A stretch of DNA of 64,000 nucleotides from a bacterium (lineage in GTDB: Bacteria > Hydrothermota > Tepidihabitantia > Tepidihabitantales > Tepidihabitantaceae). The notes under the pieces are model-generated. The model made no database searches. It was not told where the DNA came from and saw only the letters and a list, made by a program, of their open reading frames with translations. A program made the translations under genes and the position numbers. The stretch is from positions 10,673 through 74,672 of the forward strand of contig DATJQV010000075.1 of NCBI GenBank assembly GCA_035505375.1. The letters are read 5' to 3'. Below are positions 44,101 to 52,472 of the stretch, piece after piece (positions within the stretch are counted from its first letter, which is position 1; every line of letters begins with the position of its first letter).

Positions 44101-44422
44101 TGGCGTAGCTCCGCGCGGCGCGGCAGGCGATCGCGGCCGCGCGGCGGTTGAGTTCGAAGCACCTCTCCCCCAGCCCGCGCTCCGCCAGTGTATGCTGCGC
44201 GCCGCCGAAACTGTTCGTCTCGACGACGTCGGCGCCCGCGGCCAGAAATTGTTCGTGCACTCGGCGCACCAGCTCCGGCTCGGTTTCGACGAGCAGCTCG
44301 TCGCCGCCGGCGGGCGCGCCCAGAGCCTGAAGCGCGGTGCCAAGGCCGCCGTCGAAAACGACGATGCGCTCTTGACCGAACTTTGCAAGCCAGTGCGTCC
44401 CGGCCGCCTGCCGTCGCTTCAA
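41114..44422 (-). CDS. metH: cobalamin-dependent methionine synthase MetH
   Basis: Hcy-methyltransferase domain (GGLGTAL...GGCCGTTPEHI) and pterin-binding domain. B12-binding motif DVHDIGKNLV. C-terminal AdoMet activation domain is present. The length is 1102 aa. Confidence 0.9.
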   Translation of the reverse strand: MKRRQAAGTHWLAKFGQERIVVFDGGLGTALQALGAPAGGDELLVETEPELVRRVHEQFLAAGADVVETNSFGGAQHTLAERGLGERCFELNRRAAAIACRAARSYATPSEPRFVAGSVGPGSKLPSLGQITFAELLSSFRPQIDGLLAGGVDCLILETSQDLLQLKAALAAVLGAFASAARSVPVIAQVTLNEHGRTLTGSDIASVLAAIEPYPVTAIGVNCSLGPAGMAAAVRYLAGHSSKLLSAMPNAGLPRIEAGKAVYDLSPEEFSEQMKRLAEGPGLAIAGGCCGTTPEHIRQLRAALDGVAPLKPADPAPRVSSLFSAQDLKVEPRPLFVGERTNASGSKRFRERLLARDFDGMVAVAQEQKSDGAQVMDLSVAAAGGDEVADMKELAVRLNSHVDLPVMVDSTRYEAVEAALERLAGRCIVNSVNLEDPQRAGKTVGLCRRMGAALVLMTIDDQGMAMTCGRKLEVAGRLYDLAVRRGGLAPQDVFFDFLTFTLASGDESLREAGAETLKAIREARRRFPKSLTLLGISNISYGLAPGLRRALNSVFLHQAVAHGLDAAIVHAGGIAPLSSLDAETVRRCEDVIFNRRRGQGTPLEALLALGQPPSTGRRVPSSAHAPLSAQACVLAGDRAGIAAAIAELLKTTPATEVISKQLLPAMAEVGRRFESGEMQLPFVLRSAEAVRAAFDILKSHLPAGGDKGRGTLLIATVRGDVHDIGKNLVDMILSSNGFKVVNLGVRQTPEDILAAAREHRPDAIGLSGLLVESARAMREYVEVFAGAGLSTPVICGGAALNRAYVDRELRPAYPGKVYYAKDAIQGLSIMQAICGRDGSQGTDAVQQAQVATHKEVPASTSPDASAPVARNLPRISGAYARALTKLVHVEIRNYAPLLDLDALFRKRWRMLGPKADRVAWRDAEYTLDQLLATAQRRVLWHGAIVYGLFAAEVSGSELRVLHPGTGQELTRLRFAPAFARRLQRRHGTARIHVALQVVSTGAQAAAEGRRLAEQGRVHDQFLLHGLSAELTEALAEFSQRRLPKLPGWQKTARFSPGYPVWPDLSEQQKVFALLRPERIGITLSDGFQMVPEYSTSAIVLPA

Positions 44423-45459
44423 CTGAAGGTCGCCTTCAGGACCTCGGCGGTGGCCCGGCTCCGGCCCATGGTGTAGAAATGCAGGCCGGGCACGTCCTGC
44501 CGGAGCAGGTCGCGACAGAGCCGCGTGGTGAACTCGACGCCGGCGCGGGCGGCTTCGGCCGGGGTGGCCGCGCTGGTGATACGGCTCACCAATTCCTCGG
44601 GCAGGTCAACGTGGAATTCGCGTGGTATCGAGACGAGCTGCTTCGCGTTCGTGACCGGCTTGATGCCGGGGATGATAGGCACCTTGATGCCGATGGCGCG
44701 CGCCCGATCGACAAACTCGAGGTACGGCCTGGCGGCGAAGATCATCTGGGTGATGACGTAGTCGGCGCCCGCGTCGACTTTGTCCTTCAGGTGGCGCAGG
44801 TCGTCGGCGAGGTTCGGCGCCTCGTAGTGCTTCTCCGGATAGCCGGCGGCGCCGACGCAGAAGTCGGTCGGCACCGCGTTGTCCAGCTCCTCCAGATACC
44901 GGCCCCGGTTCATGGCCGCAATCTGGGCGGCAAGTTCCGACGCAAACCGGTGGCCGTCGGGCTCGGGGATAAACTCTTTGAAGCCCGGCGCCGGGTCGCC
45001 GCGGATTACGAACAGGTTGGTGAACCCAAGGTACTGCAGGTCGATGAGCGCGTCCTCGGTTTCGTAGCGGTCGAACCCTCCACAGATGATGTGCGGGACC
45101 GTCTCAATCTTGTAGCGGTTGGCAATGGCAGCGCAGATGCCGACCGTACCGGGGTTCTTGCGGCGCGGGATCTTTCTGATAAGACCGGCGCCCACGTCCT
45201 CGTAGACGATCCGCTGCTGGTGATAGGTGACGGTGATGAACGTCGGGCGGAACGGCAGCAACTGATCCACCGAGCTGAACAGCTCGGCGATCGACCTCCC
45301 CTTTTCGGGCGGGGTGATTTCGATTGAGACCAGCGGCTGTTTCCGCCGCGCGATAAGCTCGGTAATGTGCAAAGACCTCTCCTTGCGCGCAAAATAAAGA
45401 ACCGCCCCTACATCAGGCGGCTTGCCGGCAGAAAGGTACTTTTGCCACGTCGGCCGCAT
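44419..45459 (-). CDS. metF: 5,10-methylenetetrahydrofolate reductase MetF
   Basis: PLVSIEITPPEKG (compare SFEFFPPRT), then KIETVPHIICGGF and GADYVITQMIF. It overlaps metH by 4 nt. The start may instead be an internal TTG. Confidence 0.85.
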   Translation of the reverse strand: MRPTWQKYLSAGKPPDVGAVLYFARKERSLHITELIARRKQPLVSIEITPPEKGRSIAELFSSVDQLLPFRPTFITVTYHQQRIVYEDVGAGLIRKIPRRKNPGTVGICAAIANRYKIETVPHIICGGFDRYETEDALIDLQYLGFTNLFVIRGDPAPGFKEFIPEPDGHRFASELAAQIAAMNRGRYLEELDNAVPTDFCVGAAGYPEKHYEAPNLADDLRHLKDKVDAGADYVITQMIFAARPYLEFVDRARAIGIKVPIIPGIKPVTNAKQLVSIPREFHVDLPEELVSRITSAATPAEAARAGVEFTTRLCRDLLRQDVPGLHFYTMGRSRATAEVLKATFS

Positions 45460-45546
45460 CGGACCGCGTTCGGCCCGGGCACCGTAGCGCCTTCAAGCTC
45501 GGTTGCCGTGCCGGCGCCCGAACCGGGCCGCCGGCCGCTCCTGATG
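45457..45546 (-). ncRNA. candidate SAM-I (S-box)-like riboswitch in the metF-metH leader
   Basis: Leader CAUCAGGAGCGGCC...CGGCAACCGAGCUUGAAGGCGCUACGGUGCCCGGGCCGAACGCGGUCCGAUG contains AUCAGGAG (compare AUCAAGAG), GCAACC, GGUGCC, a P3-like helix ACCGAGC/GCGCU-CGGU, a P4-like helix CGGGCC/GGUCCG, and a closing GAUG that includes the metF AUG. The match to the consensus is only partial. Confidence 0.35.
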
Positions 45547-45553
45547 CAGCGGG

Positions 45554-45582
45554 ATTATAACGCCCGGCCGTCACGGGTGCAA
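45554..45582 (-). promoter_or_regulatory. metF-metH promoter TTGCAC-N17-TATAAT (minus strand); TSS predicted at the first nucleotides of the riboswitch candidate
   Basis: On the minus strand, TTGCAC at 45582-45577 and TATAAT at 45559-45554. Confidence 0.45.
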
Positions 45583-46026
45583 GACCCGACGCGGCGCTTG
45601 GCGACGTAGAAGCATGTCGTATCCGGGCACAGAGTCCTTCTTGGCCGGCGGCGAATATTGACACGCCTCGCAAAGGGCGCACGTCTCCCGATGGGGTGCC
45701 TCGGGCAGACGCTCCCCAACCCCGGGCCGAACAGCGACTGGACACCGCGAGCGGTCCGCGATTCCACCTTGACAAGAAGGTCGCGGTGAATAGCATAACA
45801 GTGTGCAGAACCGTCGTCTGCGCGGGTTCTCGCTCCCCTGCCGTCCGCCCGTGGACGGCGCCCAGCGTGACCGCGTGCGACCATCGTCTCTGCCCCCGGG
45901 CAGCGGCGCCGACAGCTGTTCGCCTGACCCGGGCAGAGAGTCATGCTACGCATCCCGGTGTCACGTCGGAAGCATGAAGCTTTCCCCGCCCGGCCGGGCT
46001 GTGACCGGCCAAAAAGGAGTCTCTCG

Positions 46027-47214
46027 ATGACCAAACTTCACTGGGGCTACAAAGACGTCTTTCGCGCCCTGCGACTCGGCTTTTCGGCAAAGAAAGTCTG
46101 GATGATGTCCCTCGGCCTGCTGATCGGTATTGCCGGGTATACGCTGCTGACCTACGTCGCCTACGCCGCTGCCGGCACTGACCTGCTGACCGTGTGGCAG
46201 ACATTCCGGCTGCTGCCGTTCCCGTCGCCGATCGACTACGGATTCCCCTGGTACGCGTGGGTCGTGTTCGCGGTCGGGGTCGCGTGGTTCATCGGTGTGC
46301 TGCTGATAACCGGTACGGCCGTATCCAAGGTCGCCTACGAGCAGTTGCGCGGCGACGAGTTCTACGAGTCGAAGGAGGCGTTCCGGTTCGCGCTGGGAAA
46401 CGGCGCGGCGGTGCTGGCCAGTCCGCTCTTGATCCTAGCGTTTGTCGCCCTGATCGGTGTCTTCGGGCTCATCTATAGCCTGGTCGGCGCGATCCCGGCG
46501 GTCGGCGAAATAGTGGTTGCACTGCTGGCGATTCTCGGGTTCATTGCTTCGCTTTTCATCGTCTACCTGCTCGTAGTCTTCGCCTGTTCGTTAGTGCTCG
46601 GTCCCAGCGTCGTAGGCACCACGCACTCCGACACCTTCGACACCCTGTTCGAGGTGTTCTCCTGCGTCAACGAACAGCCCGCCCGACTCCTCTGGTACAC
46701 GGCGACCACCGCCTGCCTGGCCAAGCTCGGCTCGTTCCTGCTGGGGCTCGCCGCCAGCGCCGCCGGGAGAATCGGCTACGCCCTCACGGGTGCCTTCATG
46801 GGCGGCAAGCTGGCAGACGTCATGGCAAATGCGGCGTACTACTTCAAACTGGCGGTCCCGGACTGGTGCCCGATTCCGTTCCACCAGACTCTTATCGCCG
46901 AGCTGAACCTCTACGGCCTCCCGCAGGTCTACCTTCCCGGCAGCTACACGTCGCTCGGCTGGAGCCAGGATATCGCATCCCTGCTGCTGGGCGTCCTCTT
47001 CTACCTCATCGCAATCATGGTCGTTGCCTACGGCCTGTCGGTCTGGTTCACGGGCATGACGCTCAACTTCGCGGTTCTCGACTACAAGAAGGACGACAAG
47101 AATATCCTGGAACTCCCGGAGGACGAAGAAGAGTTGATCGAGCCGGTGCCGAACCCGGAACTGAAGGACCTGGAGCCCAAGCCGGCCTCGGAACAACCCG
47201 CCAAAGAGGGATAG
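46027..47214 (+). CDS. polytopic membrane protein of unknown function with acidic C-terminal tail
   Basis: About 8 predicted hydrophobic helices (LIGIAGYTLLTYVAYAAAG, WVVFAVGVAWFIGVLLITG, and others). ATG 46027 (MTKLHWGY) is preferred over the supplied 45943. Confidence 0.6.
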   Translation: MTKLHWGYKDVFRALRLGFSAKKVWMMSLGLLIGIAGYTLLTYVAYAAAGTDLLTVWQTFRLLPFPSPIDYGFPWYAWVVFAVGVAWFIGVLLITGTAVSKVAYEQLRGDEFYESKEAFRFALGNGAAVLASPLLILAFVALIGVFGLIYSLVGAIPAVGEIVVALLAILGFIASLFIVYLLVVFACSLVLGPSVVGTTHSDTFDTLFEVFSCVNEQPARLLWYTATTACLAKLGSFLLGLAASAAGRIGYALTGAFMGGKLADVMANAAYYFKLAVPDWCPIPFHQTLIAELNLYGLPQVYLPGSYTSLGWSQDIASLLLGVLFYLIAIMVVAYGLSVWFTGMTLNFAVLDYKKDDKNILELPEDEEELIEPVPNPELKDLEPKPASEQPAKEG

Positions 47215-47267
47215 ACTCGACCAGGAACGGGGCGTAACCACAGTCTGTTCAATAACTTAGCCGGTAG

Positions 47268-49562
47268 ATGGGGCTTCTGTTGGTCAACGGCTACCGGGCT
47301 GTAGTCCGAGGCCAGGTCCAAGGGTTAGGATTCCGGCCCTTCGTCTATCGCTTGGCCGCAGATCTCGGCGTGCGCGGGTTCGTTCGCAACTCTAGCCGCG
47401 GAGTAGTCATCTTGGCGCAGGGCAGGAACGCTCGTCGGTTCCTCGACCAGATTAGGCAGGATCCACCACCGCTGGCCGTCATCACGTCGTTCAGCATTGC
47501 ACGCTCACGGACTCGACCGTTCAGAGGCTTCTCCATCCGGACGAGTCGCACCGAGGACGGCACCGGCGTGGACGTCATACCCGACCTCGCCGTCTGCCCG
47601 GACTGCCTTCGCGAGGCCAGGGATCCGCATGACCGCCGCTACCGATATCCTTTCACCAACTGCACGCAATGCGGCCCGCGCTACACGATCATCCAGCGTC
47701 TTCCCTATGATCGGCCAAACACCACGATGGCGGGCTTCAGGATGTGCGCGCAGTGTCTAGGGGAATACACCGACCCGTCCAGCCGGCGCTACCACGCGCA
47801 GCCCATCGCCTGCCCAAACTGCGGACCCACGCTCGCCGTTCGTGCAGCCCGAAGTAGAGAGGCGTCTCGCCCCCCCATAGAGGCGGCGGCGTGCGCCCTG
47901 CTGGATGGCAGGATCGTGGCCATCAAGAGCCTGGGCGGGTTCCAGCTTGCATGCGACGCGACGAACGGCCGCTCGGTAGAACTGCTGCGCGCGAGGAAGC
48001 GGCGGCCCGCCAAGCCGTTCGCGTTGATGTGCGAGAACGTGGTCGTTGCCCGCCGGTTCTGCCGCGTGTCTCGGTCAGCCGAGGAAGTCATGGTTTCAGC
48101 CGCTGCGCCGATTGCGCTGCTGCCGAAGTCGCCCCGCCCGACGGTTATCATCGCGAACGCCGTGGCCCCAGGCAACCGTCGCCTCGGTGTGATGCTGCCG
48201 TACACGCCGCTCCACGTGCTCCTGTTCGAGCAACTCCGCCGTGAGTCGGGCAAGCCGGCTGTGCTCGTGATGACCAGCGCCAATCATAAGGAAGACCCCA
48301 TCATCGCCGACGACGCGCAATTGGCAAGTGAGCTGGGCGCCGTACCCGACATGGTCCTGACGCACGACCGGCCGATAGCCAACCGCTGCGACGACTCGGT
48401 GGTGCTCACCGACATGGGCGTGCCTTCGCCGGTCGTTTCGGTCAGACGCGCGCGTGGCTACGCGCCGCAGCCTGTCCGGCTGGGTCGGCTGTTTCACGTG
48501 AAACATCCGGTCCTCGCGGTCGGGGCAGAATACAAGAACGCTTTCGCGCTGGCCCGTGGTGGCCAGGTATTCCTAGGCCCCCATATCGGGACGGTCACGA
48601 CCGCAGCCGGCACGCGTTTCTGGCTCGACACGTTTGCGCGTTATACCGAGTGGACCCGGGTACAACCGGAGGTCGTGGCAGCCGACTTGCACCCGGACTA
48701 CGCGGCAGCAAGGCTGGCTGAGCAGTTGAGCAGCGACCTCGGGGTGCCTTTGGTGCGGGTTCAGCATCATCACGCACACGTTCTGTCTGCCATGGCGGAA
48801 CACGACATAGCATACCCCGTTCTCGGCATCGCCTTCGACGGAACCGGCTACGGGACAGATGGCGCAATCTGGGGAGGAGAATTTCTGCTCGTTCGCGACA
48901 GAGCTAACTGGCAGCGTGTTGGACACTTAGGCTACCTCAGCCTTGCGAACGCGGGCGATGAGGTGGCTGACCCAGCCCGCGTAGCGCGCACCTATCTGAT
49001 TCAGGCTCGCGCGTGGGAACGGAGCGGTGTCAGTTCCACCAGTGCGATTGGGGTGCTTCTGACGTCGTCCATGGGACGTCTGTTCGATGCCGCCGCCGCA
49101 ATGACCGGCGCCTGCCGCTCCGCGTCCTTTGACGGACAAGCGCCGACTGCGCTGGAGGCGCTGGCCGAGTCAAGCGAACGCGGACATTGGTACTCGCCCG
49201 ACCTGCTCGACCTGTCGGCCTCCCCCGCTCTGCTCCGGCCTGAGCCCATCCTTCTACATGTTGCACGTGAAACATCCGCCGGTGTGCGCCCGGCGACAGT
49301 CGCAGCGCGGTTCCACAACACGCTGTCCCAGGCCGCGGTCGCCCTCGCCGGCTTCCTCTGCGATCGCCATGGGATCGCGGCCGTCTGCCTGTCCGGCGGT
49401 TCCTTTCAGAACTCGCTGCTCCTTCGCGGCGTAGTAACCGGTTTGCGCTCTCTCGGCAAGCGGGTGTACTGGAATCAAGCCGTTCCGCTCAACGACGGCG
49501 GCATCGCGCTCGGTCAGGCTGTCGCCGCTGCCGCCTGCCTCTCGCAGCGCCACTCCTCCTGA
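47268..49562 (+). CDS. hypF: [NiFe]-hydrogenase maturation carbamoyltransferase HypF
   Basis: Acylphosphatase domain VQGLGFRPFVYRLA. Two Zn-finger pairs (CPDCLRE...CTQCGPRYT, CAQCLGEY...CPNCGP). YrdC-like and Kae1-like domains are present. The length is 764 aa. Confidence 0.9.
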   Translation: MGLLLVNGYRAVVRGQVQGLGFRPFVYRLAADLGVRGFVRNSSRGVVILAQGRNARRFLDQIRQDPPPLAVITSFSIARSRTRPFRGFSIRTSRTEDGTGVDVIPDLAVCPDCLREARDPHDRRYRYPFTNCTQCGPRYTIIQRLPYDRPNTTMAGFRMCAQCLGEYTDPSSRRYHAQPIACPNCGPTLAVRAARSREASRPPIEAAACALLDGRIVAIKSLGGFQLACDATNGRSVELLRARKRRPAKPFALMCENVVVARRFCRVSRSAEEVMVSAAAPIALLPKSPRPTVIIANAVAPGNRRLGVMLPYTPLHVLLFEQLRRESGKPAVLVMTSANHKEDPIIADDAQLASELGAVPDMVLTHDRPIANRCDDSVVLTDMGVPSPVVSVRRARGYAPQPVRLGRLFHVKHPVLAVGAEYKNAFALARGGQVFLGPHIGTVTTAAGTRFWLDTFARYTEWTRVQPEVVAADLHPDYAAARLAEQLSSDLGVPLVRVQHHHAHVLSAMAEHDIAYPVLGIAFDGTGYGTDGAIWGGEFLLVRDRANWQRVGHLGYLSLANAGDEVADPARVARTYLIQARAWERSGVSSTSAIGVLLTSSMGRLFDAAAAMTGACRSASFDGQAPTALEALAESSERGHWYSPDLLDLSASPALLRPEPILLHVARETSAGVRPATVAARFHNTLSQAAVALAGFLCDRHGIAAVCLSGGSFQNSLLLRGVVTGLRSLGKRVYWNQAVPLNDGGIALGQAVAAAACLSQRHSS

Positions 49563-49612
49563 CGTTCGTCTCTATGCGCTCCCGCTTTTTCAGCTGCGTC
49601 ACGAGACCGTGC

Positions 49613-49640
49613 TTGACACGGGGCACCGAGGGTCTAGAAT
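49613..49640 (+). promoter_or_regulatory. sigma70-like promoter TTGACA-N16-TAGAAT upstream of dnaA
   Basis: TTGACA at 49613-49618 and TAGAAT at 49635-49640. Confidence 0.4.
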
Positions 49641-49746
49641 CCTCGTCGGCAGACTAGCGACCCTACAATCAGTCCCTTGTGCCTCCTAACGCGCCAGCGG
49701 CGTGTTGCGTTTTGGCGCCGGCGCGGTCTCTGGTAGGAATGTGGAC

Positions 49747-49768
49747 TGATTGGTGGACAACCGGACGA
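49747..49768. promoter_or_regulatory. pair of DnaA-box-like 9-mers (ATGTGGACT; TTGTCCACC on the minus strand) about 70 nt upstream of dnaA
   Basis: TGTGGAC / GTCCACA cores match TTATCCACA at 7-8 of 9 positions. Confidence 0.4.
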
Positions 49769-49832
49769 CGTGTAGTACTCGCCCGTGGTCGCCTGAGCTT
49801 GTATAGGCGCGAACCTCCGAAAGGGGCTGCAG

Positions 49833-51218
49833 ATGGGTGTGGCTGAAAGCGACATACGACCGCCCGCCGAGCAAGAAGTCCAGATCGACGCGGGAAAACT
49901 ATGGACCGACATCATCGACTACGTGCGGCCACGGGTAAGTCGAGAAGGCTTCGATACTTGGCTTGCTCCGACGAGGGGGCGCACGGTGTCGGGCGGTACT
50001 CTCGAAGTGGAGGTTCCCAACTCTTTCTTCGCCGACTGGTTGAGCCAGCACTATTCGGCTGAGATCCGCGCCGCGCTCGCCAGCATATCGCCATTGGAAT
50101 TGTCCGTGTCATTCCGCCCGCTGGGGGCAGACAACCCCGAGGTTCTGATTCGCCGCGCTCCGGCACGACGCCCGATCATGAGGCAGAGCGGGAACCGGCT
50201 CCAGCCTCATCTCTCCTTCGCGAACTTTGTCGTCGGTGAGTCCAATCGCCTGGCGGTGGCGGCGGCGCGCAGCGTTGCTGAGCAGCCCGGCGCCAGCTAC
50301 AATCCGCTCTTCATCTACGGCGGCGTAGGCTTGGGCAAGACCCACCTGGCTCAGGCCATCGGCAACCAGGCGCTGGGTTCAAAGCCTAACCTCAAGGTCT
50401 ACTACACTGCCGCCGATGACCTCTTCCTCGAGCTCATCCTTGCCATAGAGAAGAACACACGGCTGGAGTTCAAGAACAAATACCGCGGCCTTGATCTCCT
50501 TGTGCTCGACGACATTCACTATCTTGTAGGTAAGGAGCGGCTGCAGGAGGAGGTTTTCTACATCTTCAACTCGCTCCACGACACGGGCAGCCAGATAGTG
50601 TTCACCAGCGACCGTCCGCCACAGGACATCTCGACACTCGAGGGACGGTTGGCCTCCAGGCTTGGTTCGGGACTTGTTGTCGACATTCAGCCGCCCGAAC
50701 TGGAGACGCGCATTGCCATCCTAAAACAAAAGGCGGCGCTGGATCGGGCCGAGTTACCTGACGAGGTGGCCTACTTCATCGCGGCGCGCATAAGGACGAG
50801 CGTCCGCGCGCTCGAGGGGAGTTGGATTCGGCTGCTGGCGCTTGCCTCGCTGGATGGCCGACCCATCACCGTCAACCTTGCCGAGGAGGCGCTAAAGGAC
50901 TTGGTAAGAGAGGAAGAGCCGCCGGACCAAAACCACATCATCAAGGCATGCGCGGAACAATTCGGGGTCACGGTCAAGGACATTACTAACGGCGGCCGGA
51001 CCAAACAACTGGCTCTCGCCCGCCAAGTGGCGATGTACGCGCTGCGGTCGAAGCTCAGCCTGTCTCTGAAGGAAATCGGTGGGCTCTTCGACAACAAAGA
51101 CCATACCACTGTCATGCACGCGATCAAGCGCGTGGCTGATCTCAAGGTAAAGGACCCGGCTTTTTCTGCCAGGCTGGATAAGCTGCTGAAGGAGACAAGT
51201 CGTGGAGAACCACGTTGA
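49833..51218 (+). CDS. dnaA: chromosomal replication initiator DnaA
   Basis: Walker A GGVGLGKTHL and Walker B LLVLDDIHYL. The sensor motifs and the C-terminal DNA-binding domain (KEIGGLFDNKDHTTVMHAIKRV) are present. Confidence 0.9.
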   Translation: MGVAESDIRPPAEQEVQIDAGKLWTDIIDYVRPRVSREGFDTWLAPTRGRTVSGGTLEVEVPNSFFADWLSQHYSAEIRAALASISPLELSVSFRPLGADNPEVLIRRAPARRPIMRQSGNRLQPHLSFANFVVGESNRLAVAAARSVAEQPGASYNPLFIYGGVGLGKTHLAQAIGNQALGSKPNLKVYYTAADDLFLELILAIEKNTRLEFKNKYRGLDLLVLDDIHYLVGKERLQEEVFYIFNSLHDTGSQIVFTSDRPPQDISTLEGRLASRLGSGLVVDIQPPELETRIAILKQKAALDRAELPDEVAYFIAARIRTSVRALEGSWIRLLALASLDGRPITVNLAEEALKDLVREEEPPDQNHIIKACAEQFGVTVKDITNGGRTKQLALARQVAMYALRSKLSLSLKEIGGLFDNKDHTTVMHAIKRVADLKVKDPAFSARLDKLLKETSRGEPR

Positions 51219-51692
51219 TAGAGATGTTGAACTACTCTGTCAGTATTTTCCTGAACCACGTTTCAACATACGTCTCAACACCACAAGGTGACATAGCGCA
51301 TTGTAGATTTGCTACTTGTGTTGATTGCACCGATATCAACAACCCAACATCAGCAGCATCTTCTTTGATACATAGTAATCTTGATGATCTGAACCGTTCG
51401 TTGCGTACCATGTAGGTTATAATAATAATACACTCAACACAATGCGATACTCGGACTATTCTGTGGCAGACTAATGCCAGATAGTGGCGGCGTTGAACTT
51501 AACCAACAGACAACTGTTTACAAAGAGCGACAGTACATCTTGCTTGATAGTAGCGGCCAGTTGGTTCAAACAGCAACAATGCCCGCGCGGCAGAATTGCC
51601 TCACTTGGAGTGATTGAACTAGAAACGACTTGTGCCCAAGACACCACCAGGCAAGGTGGGTCGTAGGGCTGCCCACATTCTGGGTCTAGGAC
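51219..51692. other. AT-rich (about 40 % GC) non-coding region directly downstream of dnaA; candidate oriC/DNA-unwinding element
   Basis: Sharp local GC drop relative to the ~65 % background, with runs such as GGTTATAATAATAATACAC. Weak DnaA-box-like 9-mers are present (ATATCAACA, CAATCAACA). Confidence 0.45.
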
Positions 51693-52388
51693 GTGGCCAA
51701 CGTCAATTATCACGCCGTTCTTTTCGACCTTGACGGGACCCTCGTCGACTCGGGCCGTGACATCATCGATTCGATCCGGTTCACCTTGGACCAGGTCTTT
51801 CCCGGTCGCAACAAACCGAGCGACGAAGAGATACTGCTCATGGTCGGCCGTCCGCTGGAGTCGATCGTCTGTGAGCTAGGCTATCCGGTAGACGACGAGA
51901 ACACGCGCCGTTTCGTAGACACTTACCGTTGCTACTACGCACAACACTACAACGACAGCACAAAGCCATACCCGGGTGTGGAGGCGATGCTTCAAGACCT
52001 GAAGAGCGCAGGTGTCAAACTGGGGCTGGTCACCACGAAACACCAGACGCAGGCCGAATTAACGTTGGCAGGCCTCGGTCTGGCGGGCTACTTCAACGAC
52101 GTCTATGGCTGGGATGAGGGTCGCAAACACAAGCCCGATCCTGAACCGGTTCGGGTCTCACTGAGCAGAATACAGGTAGCGCCGGAACTCGCGCTCATGG
52201 TTGGAGACGCCGAACTGGACATCCAATCCGCCACGGCCGCGGGGGTCGACACGTGTGCCGTTACGTACGGATTCAGGCCGGCTTGGTTTCTCAAGTCCTT
52301 CAACCCCTGCTTCCTGGTTGCCCGCTCCGCCGACATAGTACCGATAGTGATCTCCGTGGGGAGAGATGAGCCACGGTTTGTCGCATGA
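51693..52388 (+). CDS. HAD-superfamily hydrolase (phosphoglycolate phosphatase-like), GTG start
   Basis: Motif I VLFDLDGTLVDS, motif II LVTTK, motif IV MVGDAELDIQSA. Confidence 0.8.
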   Translation: MANVNYHAVLFDLDGTLVDSGRDIIDSIRFTLDQVFPGRNKPSDEEILLMVGRPLESIVCELGYPVDDENTRRFVDTYRCYYAQHYNDSTKPYPGVEAMLQDLKSAGVKLGLVTTKHQTQAELTLAGLGLAGYFNDVYGWDEGRKHKPDPEPVRVSLSRIQVAPELALMVGDAELDIQSATAAGVDTCAVTYGFRPAWFLKSFNPCFLVARSADIVPIVISVGRDEPRFVA

Positions 52389-52472
52389 TGCGCAGACAGC
52401 GACCAACTGAGCAACAACCGAACCGGCGTCGGCGTAAAGACAGGGGATGACGGCCCAAGACGATGCTCATGG

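Noticed and set aside
44188-45327. 379-aa plus-strand ORF
   Set aside because: It is antisense to metF.
45555-46034. 159-aa minus-strand ORF in the metF upstream region
   Set aside because: It covers the promoter and riboswitch-like leader, and its product is R/G/C-rich. It is better explained as non-coding regulatory DNA.
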